DNA of 64,000 nt from Solirubrobacteraceae bacterium (GCA_036392135.1 DASVYO010000088.1:13131-77130); one strand, 5' to 3'. Counted from the first letter of the stretch, positions 18,939-29,422 are shown. The notes: generated by a model not told the origin, from the letters alone. Numbers and translations are program-made.

Positions 18939-20123
18939 ATGCGGTACGAGAGCCGAGGGCGAGTGCCCGCCAAGCGTCACGTGGCGTTCCGTGAGAACGG
19001 CACGCTGCTGACCGAGGAGGTGATGGGCTTCGAGGGCTTCTCGGGCAACGAGTCGATCCTCTATCACCTGCAGACGCCGTGCCGGATCACCGAGCTGGGC
19101 TCGTTCACGGCGCTCGAGCGGGAGGAGTGGGTGCCCGACGCCCACGCCCACCGCCTGTTCGACTCGCGTCAGCTGCCGGCCGGCGGAGACCCGATCACGG
19201 GGCGCCGCCTGCTGATGTTCAACGACGACGTCGAGATCGCCGTGTGCCGCCCCCGCGCCGAGCAGGACTACTTCTATCGAAATGGTGAGGGTGACGAGGT
19301 CATCTTCGTGCACGAGGGGGCGGGCGAGCTCGAGACCACGTTCGGCACGCTCCCCTACCGCGAGCACGACTACATCGTCATCCCCCGGGGCACGACGTAT
19401 CGGTTCCGGCCCGCCGGCGATCAGCTGTGGCTCACCTTCCACACCCCCGGCGAGATCGAAACCCCGAACCGCTACCGCAATCGGTACGGGCAGCTGCTCG
19501 AGCACGCCCCGTTCTCGCACCGCGACTTCCATCCCCCGGCGGAGCTCGTCACCCACCGCGACCCCGGCGAGCACGAGCTGGTCGTGCGCGTGCGGGGCGG
19601 CCACCAGCGCTACGGCCTGGACTACCACCCGCTGGACGTGGTCGGCTGGGACGGCTACGTCTATCCGTACACGTTCAACATCGATGACTTCGAGCCGGTG
19701 ACCGGGCGCGTGCACATGCCGCCGCCGGTGCATCAGACCTTCCAGGGCCCGAACTTCGTCATCTGCTCGTTCTGCCCGCGGATGCTCGACTGGGAAGCGG
19801 ATCCCGCCCATCCGGCGATCCCGATCCCCTACAACCACTCCAACCTCCAGAGCGAGGAGATGATCTACTACGTCTCCGGCGACTTCGGGTCGCGCCGCGG
19901 AGTCGATGTCGGGTCGATCACCCTGCATCCCTCGGGCCTGCCCCACGGGCCGCAGCCCGGCCTGGCCGAGGCGTCGATCGGCCAGCGCTGGACCGGCGAG
20001 CTGGCCGTCATGTGCGACACGTTCCGCCCCCTGCGGCTGACGCCACTGGCGGCGGGCATCGACGACGGGCGCTACGCACTTTCCTGGGCGCCGGCCAAGA
20101 GCGAGGTGAGCGCCGGTGTTTGA
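18939..20123 (+). CDS. hmgA: Homogentisate 1,2-dioxygenase
   Basis: PAKRHV, EEVMG.EGF, YRNGEGDEV.FVH, DVVGWDG, HMPPPVHQTF, PYNHSN..SEE, LHP.G.PHGP, AVMCDTFRPL. Confidence 0.92.
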   Translation: MRYESRGRVPAKRHVAFRENGTLLTEEVMGFEGFSGNESILYHLQTPCRITELGSFTALEREEWVPDAHAHRLFDSRQLPAGGDPITGRRLLMFNDDVEIAVCRPRAEQDYFYRNGEGDEVIFVHEGAGELETTFGTLPYREHDYIVIPRGTTYRFRPAGDQLWLTFHTPGEIETPNRYRNRYGQLLEHAPFSHRDFHPPAELVTHRDPGEHELVVRVRGGHQRYGLDYHPLDVVGWDGYVYPYTFNIDDFEPVTGRVHMPPPVHQTFQGPNFVICSFCPRMLDWEADPAHPAIPIPYNHSNLQSEEMIYYVSGDFGSRRGVDVGSITLHPSGLPHGPQPGLAEASIGQRWTGELAVMCDTFRPLRLTPLAAGIDDGRYALSWAPAKSEVSAGV

Positions 20124-21024
20124 GGAGGGCCAGCTGTATGCGCCGGTGACCACCGCCGCCGACGGCGAGGTCACCGTCCACCTGGATGAGGACCACCCGG
20201 GCTTCGGTGATCCCGAATACCGGGCGCGGCGAAACCACATCGCCGCCCGGGCCCTGAACTGGCAGCCCGGCCAGCCGATCCCGCATGTCGACTACAGCCC
20301 GGCCGAGCAGGATGTGTGGCGGACCGTCTGCCGGGAGCTGGCCGTCAAGCACGAGCAGCTGGCCTGCGCCGAATACCGGCAGGCGATGGCCCGCCTCGAG
20401 CTGCCCACCGACCGGATCCCCCAGCTCGATGAGGTCACGGCGCGGCTCGAGCCGCTGACCGGCTTCGGCTATCACCCGGCGGCGGGCCTGGTCCCGTTCG
20501 ACACCTTCTACGGATCGCTGGCCGACGGCATCTTTCACAGCACCCAGTACGTCCGCCACCACGCCCGACCGCTGTACACCCCCGAGCCCGACCTGATCCA
20601 CGAGGTGATCGGGCACGGCGGCCTGCTGGCCAGCCCGCGCCTGGCCGAGCTCAACCGCCTGGCCGGGCAGGCCGCCCGGAGGCTCGAGACCAAGGCCGGG
20701 CGCGACTTCTTTGCCCGCGTGTTCTGGTTCTCGATCGAGTTCGGGGTGCTGTGGGAACCCGGTCCCAGCCAGACCGAGCTGCGGGCCTACGGCGCCGGCC
20801 TGCTCTCCTCGTTCGGGGAAATCGACGAGTTCCGGGCGGCGGACATCCGTCCCCTCGATGTCGGCGCGATGGGCGTGCAGGCCTATGACATCACCCACTA
20901 TCAGCCGATCCTGTTCGCCGCCGACGGGATCGAGCATCTGCTTGACGTGGTGGGTGGCTTCTTCGCCAGCTGCGACGATGACGCCCCCGCCCGGCTGGGG
21001 GTGGCCGATCCTGCCCGCGCTTGA
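20116..21024 (+). CDS. phhA: Phenylalanine 4-monooxygenase
   Basis: FHSTQYVRH..P.YTPEPD.IHEVIGH (Fe His pair), WFSIEFG (Fe Glu), AYGAGLLSS.GE. Confidence 0.92.
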   Translation: MFEEGQLYAPVTTAADGEVTVHLDEDHPGFGDPEYRARRNHIAARALNWQPGQPIPHVDYSPAEQDVWRTVCRELAVKHEQLACAEYRQAMARLELPTDRIPQLDEVTARLEPLTGFGYHPAAGLVPFDTFYGSLADGIFHSTQYVRHHARPLYTPEPDLIHEVIGHGGLLASPRLAELNRLAGQAARRLETKAGRDFFARVFWFSIEFGVLWEPGPSQTELRAYGAGLLSSFGEIDEFRAADIRPLDVGAMGVQAYDITHYQPILFAADGIEHLLDVVGGFFASCDDDAPARLGVADPARA

Positions 21025-21133
21025 GGAGGAGCGGGCTGTGAGGTAGGTGATCGCGCGGGCCGGTCTTCCGCGGCTCGCGCGATCACCGTCGCGACCGGCT
21101 CCGTCCGGCGCGGGGCTTCTACAGTCTCCGGCC

Positions 21134-21637
21134 GTGTCCGTACTCGATCTCGACCGGAGGCTGCTCGTGCTGGCCCGCACCCGCGGCCACTCGCCGTGGG
21201 CCGATCGCGCCGTCAGCGCGTACTCGCACCTGGGGGAGCATGCGGCCTGCTGGCTGGTCCTGGGGGCCGCCGGGGCGCTGTTCGACGGAGCCGACGGGCG
21301 CCGGCCGCGCTGGCTGCGGGGCCTGCGCACCGTCGCCGGGGCCTACACCGCCAACCAGGTGATCAAGTTCACCGTCCGCCGGCGACGCCCGGAGCTGCCC
21401 GGACTCCCGCCGCTGACGCCGACGGTCTCCTCAATGTCGTTTCCCAGCGCGCATGCCACCTCGGCCTTTGCCGCCGCCCGCGCCTACCGCGGCCTGGCTC
21501 CCACCCCGCTGCTGTATGCGGCCGCGGTGGCCTTCGGGCTCAGCCGCCCGTATCTCGGCGTGCACTACCCCACCGACGTGCTGGCCGGCTCCGTGCTCGG
21601 GACGGCGATCGGATCGAGGCTGACCCCGTGCCCATGA
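21134..21637 (+). CDS. PAP2 family phosphatase
   Basis: KFTVRRRRP, SFPSAH, SRPYLGVHYPTDVLAG. Start uncertain (GTG 21134 or 21047). Confidence 0.88.
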   Translation: MSVLDLDRRLLVLARTRGHSPWADRAVSAYSHLGEHAACWLVLGAAGALFDGADGRRPRWLRGLRTVAGAYTANQVIKFTVRRRRPELPGLPPLTPTVSSMSFPSAHATSAFAAARAYRGLAPTPLLYAAAVAFGLSRPYLGVHYPTDVLAGSVLGTAIGSRLTPCP

Positions 21638-22713
21638 AGGTCGGCATCGTCGGCATGCCCAACGCCGGCAAGTCCTCGCTGTTCACCGCGCTGACCGGCG
21701 TGGCCGCCGAGGCGGCCAACTACCCGTTCACCACGATCGAGCCCAACGTGGCCATCGTGCCCGTCGCCGACGAGCGGCTGGACGCCGTGGCCAGGACCGT
21801 CCGCGCCTCGAAGCTGGTGCACGACACGATTGCCTTCCATGACATCGCCGGCCTGGTCGCCGGCGCGCATCGGGGCGAGGGGCTCGGCAACCAGTTCCTG
21901 GCCAACATCCGTGAGACGGACGCGATCGTGCACGTCGTCCGGGCCCACGCCGATGACAGCGTGGTCCATCCGGAGGGCCGCGTGGATCCGCTCGCGGACA
22001 TCGAGACGATCGAGACCGAGCTGATGTACGCCGATCTCGAGCAGGCCGAGCGCCGCCTGGAGCGCGTGGTCCGCACGGCGCGCGGCGGGGACCGCCACGC
22101 GATCGCCGAGGAGGGCTGGCTGCGCGCCGTGATCGAGGCCCTGCAGGCGGGACGCCCGGCCCGCACGGTCCCCCCGCCGGCCGACGCCACCGATGCGATG
22201 GCCCTGCTCTCCCCGCTGACCGCCAAGCCGGTGCTGTTCGTGGCCAACGTCGACGAGGGGTCGGCCGAGGTGCCGGCGGCAATCGCTGAGCACGCCGCCG
22301 CCCAGGGTGCCCGGGCGGTGGCCGTCTCCGCCCGCCTCGAGTCCGAGCTCGGCGAGCTGGCTGCGGAGGATGCCGCGGCCATGCGGGAGGACCTCGGGCT
22401 GGCCGAGTCCAGCCTGCAGACCGTCGTCCGCGGGGCCTTCGCGCTGCTCGAGCTGGTCGCCTTCTTCACCGCCGGGGAGGACAAACCGGCCCAGTCCTGG
22501 CACCTGCGCCGCGGGCTCTCGGTCTGGCACGCCGCAGGTCAGATCCATTCGGACATCCAGCGCGGCTTCGTTCGCGCCGAGGTGATCGCCTGGGACCAGC
22601 TGGTCGACGCGGGCGGCTACGCCGGCGCCCGGGAGCGCGGCACACTGCGCCTCGAGGGCCGCGACTACGTGGTCGCCGACGGTGATGTGATCACCGTCAA
22701 GTTCACTCCGTAG
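21634..22713 (+). CDS. ychF: Redox-regulated Obg-like ATPase YchF
   Basis: MKVGIVGMPNAGKSSLF, NYPFTTIEPN, DIAGLV.GA..GEGLGNQFL, GQIHSDIQRGF.RAEV, DYVV.DGDV. Confidence 0.95.
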   Translation: MKVGIVGMPNAGKSSLFTALTGVAAEAANYPFTTIEPNVAIVPVADERLDAVARTVRASKLVHDTIAFHDIAGLVAGAHRGEGLGNQFLANIRETDAIVHVVRAHADDSVVHPEGRVDPLADIETIETELMYADLEQAERRLERVVRTARGGDRHAIAEEGWLRAVIEALQAGRPARTVPPPADATDAMALLSPLTAKPVLFVANVDEGSAEVPAAIAEHAAAQGARAVAVSARLESELGELAAEDAAAMREDLGLAESSLQTVVRGAFALLELVAFFTAGEDKPAQSWHLRRGLSVWHAAGQIHSDIQRGFVRAEVIAWDQLVDAGGYAGARERGTLRLEGRDYVVADGDVITVKFTP

Positions 22714-22738
22714 GGCGCCTGGACGGGCCCGGCGGAGG

Positions 22739-23608
22739 TCACAGGTCGCTCAGCGAGGCGGCTGCCTCGAGCCGGTCGGCGAGGCGGTTCAGGCCGTGCC
22801 TGCGGGCCGCCGCAGCGCCCCCGGCCAGGTCGGTGGGCCGGTCGGCGGGGCGCTCGATCGCCGGCGGTCGCAGCGTGGCGATGTCCCGGAAGGCCCGCAG
22901 CTGGTCGGCGTTCTCGCTCAGTGCGGCCGCGATCCGCGGGCGCTCCTGCGCGGCGGCGGCGATCGCGCCCTCCAGCGAGCCGTGGCGCTGCAGCAATGAC
23001 GCCGCCGTCTTGGCGCCGATCCCCGGCGCGCCCGGCAGGCCGTCGGAGGGGTCGCCGCGCAGCGCGATGAAGTCGGGCACCAGCGCGGGCGGGATCCCGT
23101 AGCGGGACTCAACCTCAGCCGGGTCGATCTCCTCAAAGCCGCTGGCCCCCTGCTTGAGGAACACCACGCTGACCCGCTCGGCGGCGCACTGATACATGTC
23201 GCGGTCGCCGGTCATGATCAACCCGTGCCCGCCGGCCTGCGCCTCGGCCTCGGCCAGCGCCCCGAGCAGGTCGTCGGCCTCGAGGCCCGGATCGGACATG
23301 CAGCTCCAGCCGAAGGCCTCGAACAGCTCGGGCGCCCGGTCGAACTGCCATTGCAGCGCTTCCGGCACCGGCGGGCGCTGGGCGTGGTAGCCGGGGTACA
23401 GCTCAACCCGATACGCGGCGGCCTCGGCGCCGAAGCAGACCACGATCGCGCGCGGCTGCTTGTCGGCGGCGATCCGCAGGATCAGGTTGACCGCTCCGAG
23501 CAGCGCGTTGACCGGCTGCTCAGCGGCGCCTTTGATGCTGTCCGGCAGGGCGAAGAAGGAGCGGTACAGGACGAAGGGGCCGTCGATCGCCAGCAAGGGG
23601 CCAGGCAT
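22739..23608 (-). CDS. Stand-alone 5'-3' exonuclease / flap endonuclease (PolA N-terminal domain type)
   Basis: LLAIDG, LEADDLLG, TGDRD, ALRGDPSDGLPGAPGIGAKTA helix-3-turn-helix motif. Confidence 0.9.
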   Translation of the reverse strand: MPGPLLAIDGPFVLYRSFFALPDSIKGAAEQPVNALLGAVNLILRIAADKQPRAIVVCFGAEAAAYRVELYPGYHAQRPPVPEALQWQFDRAPELFEAFGWSCMSDPGLEADDLLGALAEAEAQAGGHGLIMTGDRDMYQCAAERVSVVFLKQGASGFEEIDPAEVESRYGIPPALVPDFIALRGDPSDGLPGAPGIGAKTAASLLQRHGSLEGAIAAAAQERPRIAAALSENADQLRAFRDIATLRPPAIERPADRPTDLAGGAAAARRHGLNRLADRLEAAASLSDL

Positions 23609-25223
23609 AGCGAGCCAGCCTACCCACCGGCAGGGCGGGCCCTTGGCCTCGTTGCAGCCGCAGCAGCGCGCTCAGCTCCTGCCGAGCGGCCGCCCACCGG
23701 GCCGCCGCAGCCCGCTTGGGGGCCGCCACGACCGGCGGCCCGTTCAGCTGGAGGATCTGGATGCGGTAGGTGCCGGCCCCGGGTACCGGTGCCAGGTAGC
23801 TCCCGGCGCTCTTCAGGCGCGCCCGCCCGATCGTCTGCCAGCCGGCGGCCCGCAGCTGCTGGATGAGGTAGGTGGTGCCGGCCCGAGCCGGAAACACGCT
23901 GCCGCTCAGCCGGTAGGCGACCGCATGCCGGATGAGCCCGTTCGCACCCGCGCTGCCGCTGAGCCCGGCCGCGCCGCCGCCGGCCGCGCCGGCCCCGCCG
24001 GCCCCCGGGCTCCCGCCGGGCGGGTTGACCACCGCGTTGGTGGTGATCGTGGTGAACGCGGCATCGGTGGTCAACAGGCCGAAGGCCTGCTGGAGCTGGC
24101 CGCCGGTGACCGTGGTCGTCCCCTGCGTACCGGTAACGCTGGCCTGCAGGATCCGCGGCGAGACACCGTGCCGGGTGACCGTGATGCCGATCAGGCCGCC
24201 CCGGAGCAGGCCGCCCAGCTTGGCCGCCGCGGCGCGCAGGCTGAGCTGCATGCTCCACCGGTGGTAGGGGTCGCCCCCCGCCGCGTCGTAGGGATCGGCG
24301 ACGCCGCGCAACCAGGGCTCGGGGCTGCTGCCCGGCCACGCGTTCTCGATGTTCTCCGTGTAACCGCCCGAGCTGGCGAAGAAGTAGGTGACGACCGGGT
24401 GCCCCTGGTAGGTGACCACCTGCCCGCGGGTGGCCAGCACGGCGGCGTCGGTGGCCGGCGTCTCGGCGCCCACGCCGCCGTACATCTGCGAGCGCGTGTC
24501 GTCGTAGAGGTTGTAGCCGTTGCCGCTCACCGTCGTCGTGATCGCGTAGGTGCGGGCGGCCACGGCCTGCGCCTCGAGCGCCTGCGGAGCCCAGCCGGAG
24601 GGCATCTCGGCCGCCACCACGCCGCGCACGTAGTCGTCCAGAGCGACCGCATTGACGGTCTGCACGCCGCCCTGGCCATCGGGACGGAACTCGAGCGCGC
24701 CGCGGAAGCTGCCCACGCCCGGGACGGTGAGCGGGGCCGGCCCGGTCACCACGAGCGGCGCCACGAACGCCGGGCCGACCCGCCTATTGGCGGCGTCGAG
24801 CAGGATCAGGCGGCCGTCGCTCTGCACCTTCACCGTGTAGACCTGCGTCGGGTCAAGCCGGGTTGCGCCGGCGCTCGAGGCCCCGGAGACGGTGCCCGTC
24901 CCGGTGCTCAGCAGCACGCGGACCGGCTGGTCCGGACTGGTCGCGCCGAGGGCGGTGCCCTGGTAGTAGTGAGCCAGGATCGACTGATAGCCGGCCCCGT
25001 GCAGCGCATAGCCGTAGGCTCCGTACTGGCTGAGGCCGATTCCGTGGCCGTTGCCGCCGCCGCGGATGTAGAAGATGCCCGCGGCCCGTGCGCCGGATAT
25101 GGGAAGCACAGCCACGAACAGGCCGGCCAGCAGTGCGGCCAGGAGGCGGCGCCGACCGCCTCGGGCCAGAGGGTGTCGAATTCCCGTCAGGTTTAGATAC
25201 GGTGCCAGAGTGAGCAAGCGCAA
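23520..25223 (-). CDS. SpoIID/LytB domain protein (secreted peptidoglycan hydrolase-like)
   Basis: Signal peptide RRRLLAALLAG..ARA, GHGIGLSQYGA, DDYVRGVVAAEMP..W...ALEAQAVAARTYA, DDTRSQMY, YFFASSGG.TE. Both ends uncertain. Confidence 0.85.
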   Translation of the reverse strand: MRLLTLAPYLNLTGIRHPLARGGRRRLLAALLAGLFVAVLPISGARAAGIFYIRGGGNGHGIGLSQYGAYGYALHGAGYQSILAHYYQGTALGATSPDQPVRVLLSTGTGTVSGASSAGATRLDPTQVYTVKVQSDGRLILLDAANRRVGPAFVAPLVVTGPAPLTVPGVGSFRGALEFRPDGQGGVQTVNAVALDDYVRGVVAAEMPSGWAPQALEAQAVAARTYAITTTVSGNGYNLYDDTRSQMYGGVGAETPATDAAVLATRGQVVTYQGHPVVTYFFASSGGYTENIENAWPGSSPEPWLRGVADPYDAAGGDPYHRWSMQLSLRAAAAKLGGLLRGGLIGITVTRHGVSPRILQASVTGTQGTTTVTGGQLQQAFGLLTTDAAFTTITTNAVVNPPGGSPGAGGAGAAGGGAAGLSGSAGANGLIRHAVAYRLSGSVFPARAGTTYLIQQLRAAGWQTIGRARLKSAGSYLAPVPGAGTYRIQILQLNGPPVVAAPKRAAAARWAAARQELSALLRLQRGQGPALPVGRLARYAWPLAGDRRPLRPVPLLLRPAGQHQRRR

Positions 25224-26856
25224 AGCGTCGGATGTGTTTGTCGAGTGCCTCGAGGCCGAGGGGGTTCAGTACGTGTTCGGCATCCCCGGGGAGGAGACGC
25301 TTGATCTGAATGAGTCGCTGGCTGATTCCACCGTGCAGTTCGTTCCCGTCCGCCATGAACAGGGCGGGGCGTATATGGCCGATGCCTACGGGCGCCTGAC
25401 GGGCCGCGCCGGCGTCTGCCTCGGCACGCTCGGGCCGGGGGCGACGAACCTGCTGACCGCAGTGGCCGACGCCTTCCTGGACCGGGCTCCGATGGTTGCG
25501 CTGACGGGCCAGTCTGACCTCGAACGGATGCACAAGGAGTCACACCAGTACATCGACCTCATCGGCATCATGCGCCCGGTGGTTAAGTGGAATGCACGAG
25601 TTTCGAGTCCGGAAATCATCCCCGAGGTTGTCCGCAAGGCGTTCAAGGTGGCCGAGTCCGAGAAACCCGGCTCGACCCATCTCGAGCTTCCCGAGGATGT
25701 CATGGGCCGGCCGCTCGACGCCACCCCGCTGCCCCGCCACGCGCCGGTCCAGCCCGAGCCGGGCCTGACTGAGCTCAGCCGGGCGGCGGAGATCATCAAC
25801 GGGGCCGAGAACCCGATCATCCTGGCCGGCAACGGCGCGATCCGCGGTCACGCCAGCCGCGCGCTGCGCGCCTTCGTGCACACGACCGGGATCCCGGTCG
25901 CCGAGACGTTCATGGCCAAGGGCCTGCTCGACTACGAGGACGCCCATGCGCTGGGCACGGTGGGCCTGCAGTCCCGGGATTACGCGATGGCCGGCTTCGA
26001 CGACGCCGACGTGGTGATCGCGGTCGGCTACGACCTGGTCGAGCACGCGCCCGAGCACTGGAACCCGCGGAGCGACAAGCGGATCGTGATGATCGACTCC
26101 GTCGCCGCGGAGATTGACGAGTTCTTCATCCCCGAGGTGGAGCTGATCGGGGACATCGCCCACGTGGTGGCCCGCCTGGCCGCCGGCTGCCAGCGCACCC
26201 CGTCGGTGCCGGCCGGTTGCGACCGGCTGCGGGATCTGGTGCTGGGCGCTCTGCGCGACGCGCGTGAGGACGATCATTTCCCGATGCGCCCGCCGCGCGT
26301 CCTGGCCGACATCCGCGAGGCACTCGGGCCGAGTGACCTGCTCGTCTCCGACGTCGGATTGCACAAGCTCTGGATCGGGCGCATGTTCCCCGCCCGCGAG
26401 CCGGGCACGGTGCTGATCGCCAACGGCCTGGCCGGGATGGGCTTCGCGCTGCCCACGGCGATCGCCGCCAAGCTGGTCGATCCCCACCGTCACGTGGTCA
26501 CCGTCAGCGGCGATGGCGGCTTCCTCATGAACTGCCAGGAGCTCGAGACGGCGGTTCGCCTGAAGACGCCGGTGGTCAACGTCGTCTGGGAGAACAGCCA
26601 GTTCGGCTCGATCGTGTGGAAGCAGGACAAGAAGTTCGGGCGCCACTTCGGCGTGGACTTCGGCAACCCGGACTTCGTCAAGCTGGCCGAGGCCTTCGGC
26701 ATGCCCGCCTGGCGCTGCACCTCCGCGGACGAGTTCGCTCGCCGCTTCCAGGACGCCCTCGCCCTGGACGTCCCCTCGCTGATCGTGGTGCCGATCGACT
26801 ACTCGGTCGACGTGGCCATCTCGCGCGAGCTGGGCTCCGAGACCGTCGCCACCTGA
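25210..26856 (+). CDS. Acetolactate synthase large subunit (ThDP-dependent, catabolic ALS/IlvB-like)
   Basis: FGIPGEE, RHEQGGAYMA, TLGPGATN, SGDGGFLMN ThDP motif. GTG 25210 has TACGGT 6 nt upstream. Confidence 0.92.
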   Translation: MSKRKASDVFVECLEAEGVQYVFGIPGEETLDLNESLADSTVQFVPVRHEQGGAYMADAYGRLTGRAGVCLGTLGPGATNLLTAVADAFLDRAPMVALTGQSDLERMHKESHQYIDLIGIMRPVVKWNARVSSPEIIPEVVRKAFKVAESEKPGSTHLELPEDVMGRPLDATPLPRHAPVQPEPGLTELSRAAEIINGAENPIILAGNGAIRGHASRALRAFVHTTGIPVAETFMAKGLLDYEDAHALGTVGLQSRDYAMAGFDDADVVIAVGYDLVEHAPEHWNPRSDKRIVMIDSVAAEIDEFFIPEVELIGDIAHVVARLAAGCQRTPSVPAGCDRLRDLVLGALRDAREDDHFPMRPPRVLADIREALGPSDLLVSDVGLHKLWIGRMFPAREPGTVLIANGLAGMGFALPTAIAAKLVDPHRHVVTVSGDGGFLMNCQELETAVRLKTPVVNVVWENSQFGSIVWKQDKKFGRHFGVDFGNPDFVKLAEAFGMPAWRCTSADEFARRFQDALALDVPSLIVVPIDYSVDVAISRELGSETVAT

Positions 26857-26896
26857 GCGTCGCGCTCCCGTCTCGTTCACAGCGCCGCTCCCCGCC

Positions 26897-27832
26897 TCAC
26901 CGGGCCGCTCCCAGCATGCGCGCGACCTCGGCGATCACCACCAGCGGCTCCCGCACGAGCTGGTCATAGGTGAAGCGCAGCACCGTCAGGCCGGCGGCCC
27001 GGAGCTGGGTGTCCTTGCGATGGTCGTGCTCGAAGGCCCGATGGGTGGAGTGGAAGCGATACCCGTCGATCTCGACGACCAGGTTCCGGGCCGGCCACCA
27101 GAAGTCCACCTCGTAGCCGGCCACGCGCACGTTGACCTGGGGCGGCGCCAGCTGGGCCTGGCGCACCAACTCCAGGAACAGCTCCTCGGCCTGGGAGCGG
27201 GTGAGCGTGGTCCCGTGCTGTCGCTCGAGCAGGGTCGCGAGCCGGGCCGCGCCCGCGCGCCCGCGCGTCCGGCCCAGCAGCTCCACCAGGTCGTCGGTGC
27301 GCACGATCCGGGCCACCAGCCCGCGGTCGAGGGCCAGCTCGAGCTGGCGCGGGGTGAGCTCCTCGGCTTCATCCAGCAGCGTGCGGGCCGGGGAGGTCAC
27401 CGGAAGCCCCCTGCGGATGCGGATGTCCCGAGGCCGCAGGTCGCGGGCGCGGTGGATGACACACCCGTCAACCCGCCGGTGGGCCCCGTTGGCGACGACA
27501 GCATCGATGGGGCGGGTGGCATCCCTCGGCCGCATGTCCCATATCGACGCCGCGGCGTGATGACTGAGCGCGGCACCGTCCGGGAGCGCCAGCAGCACGG
27601 CCGTCTCCTGGCCCAGTTCGACCGGGCTGGTGTGACCAACGGCAAACACACCGCCAGGAAGCGGGGTGAGCGAGCCGCGCTTCACCGCCCGCGAGATGAC
27701 CTTGTATTCGAGCCCCGCCGCCCGCAGCTGGTGCCGCGCGACCCGTCCGCGCTGAAGCCGGGCGATGGCCGCGATCCTCTCGTCCCGCGTCCCGGAAACG
27801 ACCAATCCTGCGCGCACCCCGAGGACCTTCAC
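26897..27832 (-). CDS. AbiEi-family wHTH + DUF559 (Vsr-like) endonuclease domain protein
   Basis: N-terminal RLQRGRVARHQLRAAG...GVFAVG (AbiEi-type), ALSHHAAA..W, VTSPARTLLD, C-terminal VDFWWP...VEIDG..FH...D..KD..L...G..VLRF. Start is GTG 27832, GTG 27817 or TTG 27805. Confidence 0.85.
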   Translation of the reverse strand: MKVLGVRAGLVVSGTRDERIAAIARLQRGRVARHQLRAAGLEYKVISRAVKRGSLTPLPGGVFAVGHTSPVELGQETAVLLALPDGAALSHHAAASIWDMRPRDATRPIDAVVANGAHRRVDGCVIHRARDLRPRDIRIRRGLPVTSPARTLLDEAEELTPRQLELALDRGLVARIVRTDDLVELLGRTRGRAGAARLATLLERQHGTTLTRSQAEELFLELVRQAQLAPPQVNVRVAGYEVDFWWPARNLVVEIDGYRFHSTHRAFEHDHRKDTQLRAAGLTVLRFTYDQLVREPLVVIAEVARMLGAAR

Positions 27833-27912
27833 GACGTGCGCGCCACGGTGGTCGGAATCCGACCAATCCTGCGCGCACCCCGGAGATCCGCCTGAGGTGC
27901 GCGCAGGATTGG
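27800..27912. repeat. Tandem REP-like palindromic units at the 5' end of the AbiEi-DUF559 gene
   Basis: 21-nt direct repeat GACCAATCCTGCGCGCACCCC at 27800 and 27861. Perfect 17-bp inverted repeat 27863-27879 / 27896-27912. Degenerate right arm GTGCGCGCCACGGTGGTCGGA at 27836-27856. Confidence 0.85.
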
Positions 27913-27988
27913 GCGGTTGGGGCGGCACCCACCGGACTCTGACGCCCTTTTCCGCCCCCACTCCTCCCCAGCTGCCTTTTTTCACACA

Positions 27989-28028
27989 ACCGCCAACGCC
28001 CGTGACCGAATCGTCACGGGCCGGCGGT
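27989..28028 (-). terminator. Long hairpin downstream of fumC, probable intrinsic terminator
   Basis: GCCCGTGAC-CGAATC-GTCACGGGC 9-bp stem extended by ACCGCC/GGCGGT, 15 nt after the fumC stop. Confidence 0.55.
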
Positions 28029-28042
28029 GATGGCGGGGGTGG

Positions 28043-29368
<1,326 letters not shown>

Positions 29369-29422
29369 GGACTGTCCTTTCACGTCGCGTTTGCTGTTCT
29401 GAACGCTACTCGCTCGCGGCGC

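Noticed and set aside
26897-27832. Type IV toxin-antitoxin (AbiE) system
   Set aside because: No AbiEii nucleotidyltransferase toxin on either side; the neighbours are ALS and fumC.
27800-27881. Two 21-nt direct repeats 61 nt apart resembling a mini CRISPR array
   Set aside because: Only two copies, no cas genes, and the would-be spacer contains the inverted arm of the repeat; better explained as tandem palindromic units.
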